A stretch of 64,000 nt of DNA, taken from the NCBI GenBank assembly GCA_015478645.1, contig JADMIL010000004.1:34555-98554 (forward strand). Direction: 5' to 3'. The notes beneath the pieces were generated by a model. That model made no database searches. It was not told the DNA's origin and worked only from the letters and a program-made list of their open reading frames with translations. Position 1 is the first letter of the stretch. Each line of letters opens with the position of its first letter. Source of the DNA: Candidatus Binataceae bacterium. Its GTDB lineage: Bacteria > Desulfobacterota > Binatia > Binatales > Binataceae. The position numbers and the translations under genes are program-made. This document shows positions 17,001 to 26,237 of this stretch, piece after piece.

Positions 17001-17762
17001 CCGACGCTGGTCGCGCCGCAATTCCAGGGTGGTGGGACGGCGATCATCAATTACGGGCAGACGCCGAGCGCTCCGGCGGTACTGATCAATCCGACACTGC
17101 CGGCCGGCGTGCCACTGTCGAACAACCTTTCCTTCGTCGAAGTGATTGGATCGAACTCGATTCTGAGCGCGCTGCAACTCCAATCGGTGCCGACCTTCAG
17201 CGCCGGACTGAACCATATCGCGGTCAATGCGATCGCCAATCCGGCGCCGGCGTCGATCGCCGTGGTCGGCGCGACCGGCAGCACCGGCTACGGACCGTAT
17301 TTCGTGGTCTGTCACGATATCAATGGCGGGGCGACGCTCCCGTCGAACTCGTCGAACACAGTGGCTAATGGGCCTGCGACGCTGAGCGGCAGTGACTATA
17401 TCCGAGTGACCTGGACGGGCCTGACCGGTTGCGCCTCGTGGGATGTTCTCAAGGGCAGCCTCACGACTTCAATCGCGACCGCGCTGCCGGCCGGCACGAC
17501 CTCGTACAACGATATCGGCGGATCGACCAGCGCGTACACGCCGCCCGTCCGCAACACTACTGGCGATATCAGTTATGGCTCTGTGCTGACCAGCGCCGGG
17601 ATGACCTATGCGAATCTGCCTTCTCCGACGGTCAACGGTGGGCGTTTCTATTGCAGCGATTGCGATCCGCCGGCGAATCCACCGGCCGCCTGTACGCATA
17701 CCGGGACCAAGACCGGCGCGTTCGCCGATGGCGTCAACGGCGTCTGGCTATGCGCACCGTGA
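14013..17762 (+). CDS. Large tail-spike/adhesin-like protein (neck repeats, pectate-lyase-like beta-helix, LamG-like insert) with a predicted signal peptide
   Basis: VLNV....Y.A.ADG.TDD..AIQ.AI beta-helix cap; FDIEFW..YRLFQGG..F.GYLD.MR LamG-like segment; N-terminal RKR-LATLIFAGLITAAAVAIAQA. Confidence 0.75.
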   Translation: MMRFPSMIRTIRSAGAGRKRLATLIFAGLITAAAVAIAQAQYRPIPNYIGIGAGQEFRNDINNHLSGVTPIAPRIVSIPFAQLPAEQDGQEYWVPNATQANPCTAGGSGALAVGIRGQWNCLSGASGTALGGFPLTANVSAASHSIQNLAVNTATGDALSQGQSHLNELAPAQNVYSMGNNRLQWVRGGAQALDALSYGQSGAQLNGLDLNNNQLANLSAASASGQALAYAQNGAQLTTNQAAGALVSSSQNNANATSVAINAPAGIVAGNALVANIFWVSPTGTFTPPAGWTQIRADATSVSYGLTAGVFCKVATGSEPANYTFGFSVAQNVVGSISQISGITCATDGSSVSAGGANSITAPAFATTHSSDYVVAQGSSYNPASFTASIGGRLISDGNANGDLLVTGRINPGVNVPAVVYSGTLANVSLASQVAFVTATTIQSLPVLSGQIGASIQSLTASNSQVLNVQAAPYNAQADGNTDDGPAIQQAIYDAERAVPPTFPNPNLYPGGFGAVYLPRSATGKCYDIGKPIRVASGAIEIKGDDGTCIQKLYAGPTIINEGWGIDFLQYGPALVGTGQSLSTVGYLSSNTKNGFIDLAQLLDTTQINLATRFASGFDIEFWMEQTTTLGGNVFRSNPNNPGGGNGMVSITASGGAGNPVAASVNTTGGLVSLAACPSQTQNTAYDMALDWDGTTYRLFQGGVLCSSVASANAPVLGPFESMQLPALGGFDYWMAGGNISSPFQGYLDSMRFESVSEHVANYTPPTARFAADGNTVLLLNWDASLDGTQLGYTQNAAPVYLPVLGGGQNTIGTSMHLHNLELCADDGQMAHRGDGLFSQWAVGSEIDHVSCSNAVYAGLNFYNNDFGTIEHNNTVLSGMLGILHGVAWNGARAYDDAMDSQSIACEETVGDGGGGFHDSHQLCTNRGTLRYCKMYMGEAFTGQVDFENCDQEAGDSNFVASDLLQNPLISLQFNSPDFVGVSGHPFIEQDGGGMGPTLVAPQFQGGGTAIINYGQTPSAPAVLINPTLPAGVPLSNNLSFVEVIGSNSILSALQLQSVPTFSAGLNHIAVNAIANPAPASIAVVGATGSTGYGPYFVVCHDINGGATLPSNSSNTVANGPATLSGSDYIRVTWTGLTGCASWDVLKGSLTTSIATALPAGTTSYNDIGGSTSAYTPPVRNTTGDISYGSVLTSAGMTYANLPSPTVNGGRFYCSDCDPPANPPAACTHTGTKTGAFADGVNGVWLCAP

Positions 17763-17815
17763 GGGTGTGGGGTGCGCGGGCATGGGACGCGGGCAAGTCT
17801 GCGCAGCAGCGATTA

Positions 17816-17858
17816 ATAAAAAAGAGGACAGGCAAGTGGAACCTCTGAGAGGTTCCAC
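17816..17858 (-). terminator. Hairpin between convergent spike and GT-C genes, probable terminator
   Basis: GTGGAACCTC-TGA-GAGGTTCCAC (17836-17858) with an A-run upstream (U-run on the minus strand, offset from the stem). Confidence 0.5.
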
Positions 17859-17936
17859 ACCTCCCGCAATAATCAGATGCGGGTCTGCTGCGGCCCTCGT
17901 TAGAGACGATTGAATCGGGCGCAGCGGGCACGGGGT

Positions 17937-19319
17937 TCAGGCGAATTTCAGTTTAAGGACAGGCGAGACGCGGAGGGCCGCACCCGACCATCCGATGCCC
18001 GCGAAGATCGCCAGTAGCGGAATCGCGGGCATCCGGTAGCGGGCGTAGGCTTCCGCTCCCGCAGCCAGCGCGATCATCGCGAGCGCGAGGCCCAGGGGAA
18101 TAAGCACGACGGCGACCTCGCGGGCGGACTTGCGGCGCACGGCGACCAGCGCAAAGGCCACGCCAATCCAGGTAAGGGCGGTCAGCGCCAGTTGGAATAT
18201 CACCAGCACAGTGAGTAATGGCGAATGCAATAGTTGATGGATTCTCGTACTCAATTGCCCGGTCGCGGCTAAATATACCGTCGCGCCGGCGTGAGTGCCG
18301 AGTAGTTCATTGAGACTGCCGCGGTCGGGCACCACGGCCAGCCACAGGAACGATCGCAGAGTCATCTCGATGGCGCCGCCCGGATCGTGGAGGAGAATTT
18401 GCTCGGCGTCGGCCGTCATACGCGAATCGAGCGCGGCCGGAGTGTCGGGATAATCGCGCGCGTCGGGCAGTCCAAGGCGGCGTGCGAGATCATCCATCAC
18501 GGCGGAAAAGTCCTTGTGGCCGCGGTACCAGATGACGCCGCCGGCCTTGAAGTAGTAAAGATCGATGGCGACGTCGTTGCTGACCGTCCAGACGCCAGTG
18601 CGCGCGGCATTGCGGGCGGCCCATCCGGCGCAAGTCAGTGCCGGCAGGGCGAAAGCCAGCAATGCCACCGCGGCCATCTGGCGCCGGCTGATCGCCGGCA
18701 GCATCAGAACCGGTAGCGGCGCGAGAATCGGCAGCAGCAGGCCCACCGGCCGCACTATGATCGCAAGCGCGAGCAACGCGGCGGCCGCGAAGATAGCGGC
18801 GAGCGCGCGCGCGTCAGATCTGCGGCGCGCGATTACCCACAACTGGGTAATGACGGCTACTGCAATAAGCGCCTGAAATAGTACATCGGAGAGAATTCGC
18901 GAGCCCTCCACGATCGATGAGAGGTCCAGCGCCACGATCGCTTCGGCGATTGCAGCGGCGCGAAGATCCCACCATACGGCGACGAAGTAGCCGACGGTGA
19001 GGCAGAGCGCCGCGCCGATCAGCGCCTGCACGGCGACCATCATGCGCAGCGACGGTAATACGGCCAGCAACAGCGGATAGCCGGGCGTGCGTAAGATCTC
19101 GGCGCCGGCGCAATGCCCGTCGACCAGCCGTGCGAAGCCGCATCCCGCGCGCAGGCCCTGCGCCAGCTCGACGTAGCGAGGCGAGTCGGCGTTAGCCATC
19201 GCCCACGCCGATCCGGGCCGCATCAGCGGAGCGAGGCGCAGCGCCAGTGCGAGCAGCGCCAGCGCCAAAAGAATCCAGACGCATCGCGCGCGGCGATCGA
19301 TCGCGCGGTCCGCGGACAT
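17937..19319 (-). CDS. Integral membrane GT-C-fold glycosyltransferase (ArnT/PMT-like)
   Basis: DS..Y...A, RTPGYP, VQ.L, ..LSD.LF, ..RP, W..RN, RYR.P; many TM segments. Confidence 0.75.
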   Translation of the reverse strand: MSADRAIDRRARCVWILLALALLALALRLAPLMRPGSAWAMANADSPRYVELAQGLRAGCGFARLVDGHCAGAEILRTPGYPLLLAVLPSLRMMVAVQALIGAALCLTVGYFVAVWWDLRAAAIAEAIVALDLSSIVEGSRILSDVLFQALIAVAVITQLWVIARRRSDARALAAIFAAAALLALAIIVRPVGLLLPILAPLPVLMLPAISRRQMAAVALLAFALPALTCAGWAARNAARTGVWTVSNDVAIDLYYFKAGGVIWYRGHKDFSAVMDDLARRLGLPDARDYPDTPAALDSRMTADAEQILLHDPGGAIEMTLRSFLWLAVVPDRGSLNELLGTHAGATVYLAATGQLSTRIHQLLHSPLLTVLVIFQLALTALTWIGVAFALVAVRRKSAREVAVVLIPLGLALAMIALAAGAEAYARYRMPAIPLLAIFAGIGWSGAALRVSPVLKLKFA

Positions 19320-19348
19320 CGAGGAACCTTGCGGGGGACCACCGGGCG

Positions 19349-20730
19349 TCAATCGATCGTCTCGCGAGTCATGCGTACGGCGTTCGACCATCCAACCCCC
19401 GCCAGCCTCGCGAGGAACGGGATCGCGGGAGTCCGCATACGCCCGGTGGCTTCCGGGCCAGCGGCCAAAACCATCATCAGCATTGCAACTACCAGCGGAA
19501 TGAGTAGGAGAAATGCCGGGGTGGCTTGCTCTTTTAGGAGTGCCAGGACTGCGCGCACGACACCGACCCAGACAAAGATCATCATCAGAACATCGAGTAT
19601 GATTAGCTCGGTCAGCGCGCGCGAATGGAATAGATCATGTAGCCGGCGTGTAATTCCAATGGCGGCCGGATACGTCACCGAGGTGCCGCCGTACAGCCCA
19701 AGAAATACGTTCAGATCGCTGCGGTCGGGAACAATGGTGAGCCAGAGAAACGATCGAATCGTCATCCGCACGGTGGCGATCGGGTCGGCGGTGAGTATGT
19801 GGATACTGCGGCGAATCGTTTCGTGGTAGAGCTCGGGCGAGTAGTACTCTGAAGGTTTTGGGAGGCCCGGTGCGTGAGCGAGAGAATTTATCGCGTCGGC
19901 CAGGGTACCACCTTCATGCACCCAAATGACGCCGCCAGCGCGGTAGTAATAAAGGTTGATGGCTCCGATTGTACTGAGCGTCCAAATGCCGGTGCTACGG
20001 CCGTTGCGAATTACCCAGGACCCCGCGATCAGCGCCGGCAGGAGGAAGGCGGCGGCACCAAGAGCTAGCTTGCGTTTGAGTTCGGCTTCGCGGACGAACA
20101 CGACCGGAACCGGCGCGAGCAGCGGCAGCAGAAAACCGATGGGCCGCACGAGCGCCGCCACACCCAGAATTAGCGCCGCGCCGAGGATGCACAGCGTGGC
20201 CGCGCGATTAAGGCGAGGCAACAACGCCGCCGAAAGGCCTAGCAGCGCAGCCGCAGTCAATAAATTTGGAATAGGCATTCGGTCATCAGGCTGCCGCTGG
20301 CGACGATTGACGGAAGGTCGCAGGCCAGGAGCAGTGCGGCGATGGCGCCGGCCGCGATGCCCCAGCGACGGTAGACAAAAGTTCCCAGGAGCGAGCAGAT
20401 CGCCGCGGACAGGCAGGCTTGCAACGCGATCGCGAATCGCGGCGACGGCATCAGGCGCAGGAAAACCGGATATCCAGGGGTGCGCAAGGTCTCCGGCGGG
20501 GCGCATTTTGAGTCCACCAGGCGGGCGAATCCGCAGCCATGGCGTAACCCGTCGGCCAACTCTGTGTACTGGACCGAATCGTACGATGAAAATGCCCAGC
20601 TGATACCCGGGCGCGCCAAGGTCAGGAGGCGCAGGCCCAGGGCAAGCAAGGTAATCGCATACAGTAGCGCGCGGGCTTTAACGGATGGGCGCAGTGACGC
20701 GGTAGTCACAAGGCCTCCGGTCGCACGCAA
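19349..20730 (-). pseudogene. Paralogous GT-C glycosyltransferase split by a frameshift near 20260-20268
   Basis: ORF 20257-20730 matches the neighbour's N-terminal half (DS.QY.ELA.GLR.GCGFARLVD..C....LRTPGYP); the C-terminal half continues in the -1 frame (LLTAAA..VRPIG..W..RN..GGVIW..VPDR). Confidence 0.75.
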
Positions 20731-20764
20731 TGCGGCGAAGCATGACGATCGATGACGCGGCGGG

Positions 20765-23146
20765 TCACGGCTTGACCGGCGGCACCGGAGCAGCTGGCGG
20801 CGCGGCGGGTGCGCCGCCTTCAGAGACCGCCGTGGCGGCGGCGACTCCGGCAGCGACTCCGGCGGCGCCGGCGGCGGCCTGCGCGATCGGCGTGAGTCCG
20901 GTGTGGGGATCGGCAGCGCCCGTGGCGCCAGCTGCGGCGGGGGTGGCCGACGCGTGATCTGCGCCGTCGGCGGCGTCCGCGCCGCGGCTTTTGTCGGGAG
21001 CGGCGGCCGACGCGCCTTCCCCGGCAGTGCGCTCGGCCACGGCCTGCAGCGCGGGCGTGCCTTGCATCGCCAGGCGCAGACCGGGCTCGCGATCGATAGC
21101 GTCGACCAGGCGGCGCGCGATTTCGTCGGCGCTCTGCACGGCGCTCTGCAGGGGCACCGGATAGCGCACGATGATCTCGAGCCCGGCCACGCCCAGGCGC
21201 AGGCGGCTCTGCGGACGGGGAGTCTCGAAGCGGACGTTGAGGGTGGATTCGGTGTTGCGGTAATCGCGCTGGACGGCGTCGCGATAGCGCGCGAAGACCG
21301 CGCCGACCACCTCCTCGAGGCGTTTCTCCGCCAGCCGGTAGTCGCAGTCGGGAGCCAGCGTGAGGCGCAGTTCGTTCCAGGAGTAATTCGAGCCCGGAAT
21401 CTGTTTGAAGAAATTGCCGTTGAACTGGAACACCGTCGAGTTGGGAAAGACCACCACGCGGCCGGTCGGCTGGCGTCCGTCGGCGTCCTCCGAAAGCTCC
21501 ATCAGGGTGAGCTTCAAGAGCCCGGTCTCGAGCACGTCACCGGTGATGCCGGAAAGCTGTACGCGCTCGCCCACGCGCACGCCAAAGCGGCCGCTCAAAT
21601 AGAAATAGCCGGCAAACGACAGGATGACGTTCTGCAGCGTAATCGCGATGCCGGCCGCCGCAAAGCCCATCACGGTGCCGAGCGTGCCCAGCTCATTGGC
21701 AAAGTCGAAAACCAGTATGAGTGCGATAATCACGGCGACCGCCAGGCGCCGCACCTGCATCAATTGATGGCGGCGCGACAGGTCGACGACGTAGCGAAAG
21801 GTGAGCGCGCGCCAGATGAAGGCCCCGGCAAAAACAATCGCGAGCAGCGCACCGAGTCCAAGCAGACGCATCATCAGCGTGCGCAATTCTTCGTGAACCT
21901 GGGAACTGAGCGCCGTCCGCCAGCGCGCGAGATTGGCGTTGTAGAGATTGAGCAGGACGATCGTCTTGGCCAGCGGCAGAATCGCGCTCGAGACCAGCTT
22001 GTGCCGCGCGTTCAGGGCCTGGAAGAGCTGCTGGCTCTGGCGCAGGGTGGCGATATCGCTCGAAGCGGTGGCGGCGGCCGCGCGCACGCCTTGTTGATCG
22101 ATATCGTGCAGGGTCGCGAGCAGCGGTGCGCGCTGGGTTTCGGTCGCGGCGAGGAGCTGGCGGGTGAGCGCCATGGCATCGGCGATCGTCTGATCTTTGC
22201 GCTGGAGGCGCAAAATCGCGTCGAGGCTGCCGAAGAAGCCGTCGGACGGCGCGCGGGCCGCGGCGGGCGCAGACGCCGGAACGCTAAGCGCGGGCGCCGG
22301 CGCGCCGGCCACCAGCGTGGTCGGCGCCGCCTGGCCCTGCGTAACGGCGACCGGCCGCACCGAGCGCTCGAGTTCGTCGATTTGTCCGCTGAGGCCGGTC
22401 TCGACGCCGGTTGCGGCCAACCCGGCGCCGCCCTCGAATTCGATCAGCGCGTTGAGCAAATCGACGTGCGACTGCGCCAGATCGAGTTCGCCCTGGGTGG
22501 CGACGATTTCGCGCGTGAGGCGATCGCGATCGTGCTTGGCGGCTTTCTGCAACCGCGCACGCAAATCCTTGAGATGGGCCTGGCTGGCGTCGATCGCGGC
22601 CTGCGCCTGAGCGCGGCGCGCGACCAATTGGTTATAGTCCGTGCCATCGACGCCGGCCCGCGGGCCAGGGGCGGCCGCCGCCCCGATACTGGCGGCTGGA
22701 TTCCGCGCTCCGCCGTCAGCCCTGATCAGGTCGGCCGCGGCGCGCGCATACTCGAAAGCCATCGTCAGCACTTCGCCGGCCATCTGGCGATCGTCGGCGA
22801 CGAACAGGATCTCCACCGGGTCGTGCGCCGTCTGCACCTCGATCGCCAGATGACGACTCCAGCCGATGACCGCGCTCAGATAGGTGATGACGCCGGCGCG
22901 CGCGGCCGCCGCGGGATCGAGGGCCGCCGCCGGGGCAATCGCCGTGGCGCCGGCCGACGGTGCGACGGACGGCGCGGGTGATCGCGCCGCACTCGCCTCG
23001 GCGGCCATTGACGCGGGCGATGCGGCGGGCGAGGCGATCACCGTCGGCGTCGCCGCGGCCGCACCGCCAAGCGGCACGCCGAGGATCGCCGCGATGAGCG
23101 CGCTCGCAAGCGCGATCGCGGTGCGGATATGACGTGGATGAAACAT
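20765..23146 (-). CDS. Large MscS-family mechanosensitive channel with periplasmic coiled-coil
   Basis: Signal peptide; GFAAAGIAITLQNVI, VRVGERV...GITGDV, TGR.V.FPNS. Confidence 0.85.
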   Translation of the reverse strand: MFHPRHIRTAIALASALIAAILGVPLGGAAAATPTVIASPAASPASMAAEASAARSPAPSVAPSAGATAIAPAAALDPAAAARAGVITYLSAVIGWSRHLAIEVQTAHDPVEILFVADDRQMAGEVLTMAFEYARAAADLIRADGGARNPAASIGAAAAPGPRAGVDGTDYNQLVARRAQAQAAIDASQAHLKDLRARLQKAAKHDRDRLTREIVATQGELDLAQSHVDLLNALIEFEGGAGLAATGVETGLSGQIDELERSVRPVAVTQGQAAPTTLVAGAPAPALSVPASAPAAARAPSDGFFGSLDAILRLQRKDQTIADAMALTRQLLAATETQRAPLLATLHDIDQQGVRAAAATASSDIATLRQSQQLFQALNARHKLVSSAILPLAKTIVLLNLYNANLARWRTALSSQVHEELRTLMMRLLGLGALLAIVFAGAFIWRALTFRYVVDLSRRHQLMQVRRLAVAVIIALILVFDFANELGTLGTVMGFAAAGIAITLQNVILSFAGYFYLSGRFGVRVGERVQLSGITGDVLETGLLKLTLMELSEDADGRQPTGRVVVFPNSTVFQFNGNFFKQIPGSNYSWNELRLTLAPDCDYRLAEKRLEEVVGAVFARYRDAVQRDYRNTESTLNVRFETPRPQSRLRLGVAGLEIIVRYPVPLQSAVQSADEIARRLVDAIDREPGLRLAMQGTPALQAVAERTAGEGASAAAPDKSRGADAADGADHASATPAAAGATGAADPHTGLTPIAQAAAGAAGVAAGVAAATAVSEGGAPAAPPAAPVPPVKP

Positions 23147-23303
23147 CGCGAACGCCGATTAGATTATCATTTGCCACCTGGCGCATCGATTGTTGCGCGA
23201 CCTGCGCGGTTTGCGCGGATCGCCTAGCAACACCCCTCAGCGTCGCGTCGCGCGCCATGACCGATCGCATGAGAGCAGCGCCCGAAGAAATTTTTCGCGC
23301 CGC

Positions 23304-23342
23304 AAAAAGAAAGAGGCAGGCAGTGGGGAGCCTGCCTGCCTC
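23304..23342 (-). terminator. Rho-independent terminator
   Basis: GAGGCAGGCAG/CTGCCTGCCTC stem followed by a U-rich tract on the minus strand. Confidence 0.7.
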
Positions 23343-23402
23343 CGGGGAAGGGAACGAAATGCGAGCGCTTGCGGGGTTCGCGCGCCTCGCCAGCGCGAAG
23401 AC

Positions 23403-23753
23403 TCAGCGTGAAACGCGCAGCGGCGCAATCAAGTTGGGAGTTTCGGGCAGCGTGGCCTCACCCTTTTCGGCATGGGCGACGGCTTCATCGTAATGGCCGA
23501 AGTCGTACATGCGCTCGGCCGCAAAATACTCGTGCTCGGCCTTGGGGCTGTAGAAGGCGTGCCTTTCCGCCGCCTGCAAATGCAGATGCAGTTCGAACAA
23601 TTGCCACAGGACCTGATCCTGGGTCGGCACGACCTCGGCGGTAACCTCCTGCATCTGCCCGGCCGGAGGATCAAACGACCAGGCGGGTACGACCGCGGCG
23701 CCGGCGATCGCGATCGCCGCGACGATCGAAGCTGAGGTGCGAACAACTCTCAT
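23403..23753 (-). CDS. Small secreted hypothetical protein
   Basis: Signal-like N-terminus (..SIVAAIAIAGAAVVPAWS), helical body, own terminator. Confidence 0.6.
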   Translation of the reverse strand: MRVVRTSASIVAAIAIAGAAVVPAWSFDPPAGQMQEVTAEVVPTQDQVLWQLFELHLHLQAAERHAFYSPKAEHEYFAAERMYDFGHYDEAVAHAEKGEATLPETPNLIAPLRVSR

Positions 23754-23840
23754 TGCGATGCTAATTCCTGCGCAAATTAAATTCGAGCTGGCGTCGGCTC
23801 GGAAAGAATCCGTACGCCGCTCGATTTGGATCAATGGTAG

Positions 23841-23856
23841 AGCGAAGAGCGTGCCA
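23841..23856 (-). promoter_or_regulatory. Putative sigma-54 promoter
   Basis: Minus strand TGGCACGCTCTTCGCT has GG-N10-GC spacing, ~90 nt upstream of the 23753 start. Confidence 0.5.
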
Positions 23857-24107
23857 TCGCCGGCGCGAAGTCCCGGGACGCGTTAGTCTACCCCTGTCGG
23901 CTGCCTGGCGATCGGCGAAACAACCGTGATTGCGGGCTTATTTGATCATTTGACGATCGATCGGACGATCTCGCGCGCGGCCGACCGAGGACTCAGTGCG
24001 AGCCGTGCGGGGTCGCGTTATGCGACGAAACTGACTATCGCCTCGCACGATGCGAATCACCGACGATACGAACCGTCAGCGGCGATGAATGATTCGCGGC
24101 GATGCCC

Positions 24108-24146
24108 AAAAAGCGCGGGCGGCGGGAAACCTCCCGCCGCCTGCGC
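24108..24146 (-). terminator. Rho-independent terminator of glnA
   Basis: GC-rich stem GCGCAGGCGGCGGGA/TCCCGCCGCCCGCGC then UUUUU. Confidence 0.8.
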
Positions 24147-24188
24147 GACTCAGTTCGACAATCCGCAATCGGCCGCAATCGGCCGCGA

Positions 24189-25628
24189 TCAGCCGTCGTA
24201 GTAGAGCGCGAACTCGTACGGATGCGGCCGCAGGCGAATCGCACTGACCTCTTTCGCCATCTTGTATTCGATCCAGGTCTCGATCAGCTCCTCGCTGAAG
24301 ACATCGCCCTTGAGCAGGAACTCATGATCCTTCTTCAGATTGGAGAGCGACTCCTCGAGCGACGCGGGCATACTCGGCACTTCGGCCAGTTCGGCGGGCG
24401 AGAGCGCGTAGATGTCCTTGTCGAGCGGTTTGCCCGGATCGAGCCGGCGCTGGATACCGTCGAGTCCCGCCATCAGCATCGCGGAGAACGCGAGATACGG
24501 GTTGCAGGTCGGATCGGGGAAGCGGACCTCGATCCGTTTGGCCTTGGGCGACGGCGAGTACATCGGGATGCGCACCGAGGCGGATCGATTGCGCGCCGAG
24601 TAGGCAAGATTGATCGGCGCCTCGAAGCCCGGGACCAGCCGGCGATAGGAGTTCGTGCCGGGATTGGTGAAGGCGGCGATCGACGGCGCGTGATGCAGGA
24701 TGCCCGCGATGTAGTGCATCGCGATCTCCGACATGCCGGCGTAGCCGTTGCCGGCGAACAGCGGCGTGTCGCCCTTCCAGATGCTCTGATGGGTATGCAT
24801 GCCGGTGCCGTTATCGCCGAAGATCGGCTTGGGCATGAAGGTCGCGGTCTTGCCATGGCGCACGGCGACGTTCTTGACGATGTATTTGTACCACATCAGC
24901 CAGTCGGCCATCTTGGTCAGCGGCTGGAAGCGCATGTCGATTTCCGCCTGGCCGGCGGTCGCGACCTCGTGATGCTGCTTCTCGATGCGGATGCCGATCT
25001 TCTGCATCTCCATCACCATTTCGGTGCGGATATCCTGCAAGGTGTCGACCGGCGGAACGGGAAAGTAGCCCTGCTTGTTCTTGATCGTGTAGCCGGGATT
25101 GTGGCCGCCGGCCAGGGTCTTTTCCTTGCCGCTGTTCCAGTTGCCCTCGTCGGAATCGATGAAGTGATAGCTCGAGTTCTGCGTGGTGTCGAAGCGCACG
25201 CTGTCGAAAATGAAGAACTCCGGCTCGGGTCCGATGTACGAAGTATCGCCGATGCCGGTCGATTTCAGATAGGCCTCGGCCTTGGCCGAAATGTTGCGCG
25301 GGTCGCGCGGGTACTTCTCGCGCGTGATGGCGTCTTCGACATTGCCCAGCAGGGTTAACGTCGGCTCCTTGTAGAAGGGATCGAGCACGGCGCTGTCGGG
25401 GTCGGGGATGATCAGCATGTCGCTGTTGTTGATCTCCGACCAGCCGCGAATCGACGAACCATCAAACCCGAGACCGGCTTCAAAGGCCTCCTCGTCCTTG
25501 AACTCGGAAATCGGGGCAGTAAAATGCTGCCACGTGCCGAGCAGGTCGATAAATTTTATATCGACCATCGCTACGCCCTTGTCCTTGATCATCTGTAAAA
25601 CTTGTTTCGGAGTCATCTGACGCGCCAT
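24189..25628 (-). CDS. glnA: Glutamine synthetase type I
   Basis: [62 protein letters not shown]. Confidence 0.98.
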   Translation of the reverse strand: MARQMTPKQVLQMIKDKGVAMVDIKFIDLLGTWQHFTAPISEFKDEEAFEAGLGFDGSSIRGWSEINNSDMLIIPDPDSAVLDPFYKEPTLTLLGNVEDAITREKYPRDPRNISAKAEAYLKSTGIGDTSYIGPEPEFFIFDSVRFDTTQNSSYHFIDSDEGNWNSGKEKTLAGGHNPGYTIKNKQGYFPVPPVDTLQDIRTEMVMEMQKIGIRIEKQHHEVATAGQAEIDMRFQPLTKMADWLMWYKYIVKNVAVRHGKTATFMPKPIFGDNGTGMHTHQSIWKGDTPLFAGNGYAGMSEIAMHYIAGILHHAPSIAAFTNPGTNSYRRLVPGFEAPINLAYSARNRSASVRIPMYSPSPKAKRIEVRFPDPTCNPYLAFSAMLMAGLDGIQRRLDPGKPLDKDIYALSPAELAEVPSMPASLEESLSNLKKDHEFLLKGDVFSEELIETWIEYKMAKEVSAIRLRPHPYEFALYYDG

Positions 25629-26237
25629 CCTCCTGGCCGCTTGCGGGCGACCGGCCCTTCAGTTCACGTGAGTTTAATTGATACCCTTGGCACTTCCATC
25701 CGCCCGGCACGATCTCGCCCGCCCCGGCACCGCAGGGGGGGGGACCGCGCTTAGCGCGCCGGATCCCGGCAGGGCGGACGAGCGTGGCGGCGATCACGGA
25801 GTCGTTTTTCTCGAAATTCACCGTATCGCCACGCCTGCCAAATTGGCATCTGCCTCACCTGTGGGCAATCCACTATACGCTCCCGCCTTCGATCGAATGC
25901 TTTCGGCAATGCAAACGGCCCGATGGCCGCGGCATTACCGCCATTTGCAATGTCGGTAAGACCAAGTTGCCACTATCCACACGTCTGACGGAGCAAGATA
26001 AATGCCGTCGAGTGGCGCAGCGCCGCGCAGCACATTATCATATCCGCCGTTCGGGCGATCGCATACCGGGGAGTTTTCCGCCGGTTATCACGCCTGTGGC
26101 CTCAGCCAGCGTCGACCGGCTTCGAGAGATTGCGCTGCGGGGCGCCACCGCGCGATTATCAGCCCGTCGAGGGTCGCAGTCGAATCAGCCTGGTGGCGCG
26201 TAACCGATCGCCGATCCGGGCAGGGAGTGAGAGCGAG

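Larger units (their letters stand above)
1..17762 (+). mobile_element. Prophage or phage-derived contractile particle operon (Mu-like head/neck, P2/Mu-like contractile tail); left part lies outside the window
   Basis: About 19 co-oriented ORFs in virion-assembly order; visibly more A/T-ending codons than the flanking host genes; no integrase, transposase or att seen at the right end. Confidence 0.9.

Noticed and set aside
1-17762. Classical eCIS (Afp/PVC) or T6SS
   Set aside because: A capsid gene and Mu neck genes are present; no Afp15-like ATPase, DUF4255/DUF4157 or TssJLM/ClpV seen in the operon. The MoxR at 62449 is in an unrelated operon
13352-17936. Diversity-generating retroelement or invertible fibre cassette
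   Set aside because: No reverse transcriptase or invertase; terminal similarity in the spike is protein-level, not a near-identical DNA repeat
20257-20270. Programmed -1 frameshift at AAATTTA in the GT-C gene
   Set aside because: The heptamer is not phased X XXY YYZ in the upstream frame, and the paralog is continuous
20903-22981. 692-aa plus-strand ORF
   Set aside because: Antisense to the MscS gene; typical high-GC shadow
24163-24190. CCGCAATCGG tandem repeat after the glnA stop
   Set aside because: Short slippage duplication in a 3' UTR with no evident function
25629-26237. Sigma-54 promoter or riboswitch for glnA
   Set aside because: The TGGCA sites checked lack GG-N10-GC spacing; no recognisable riboswitch
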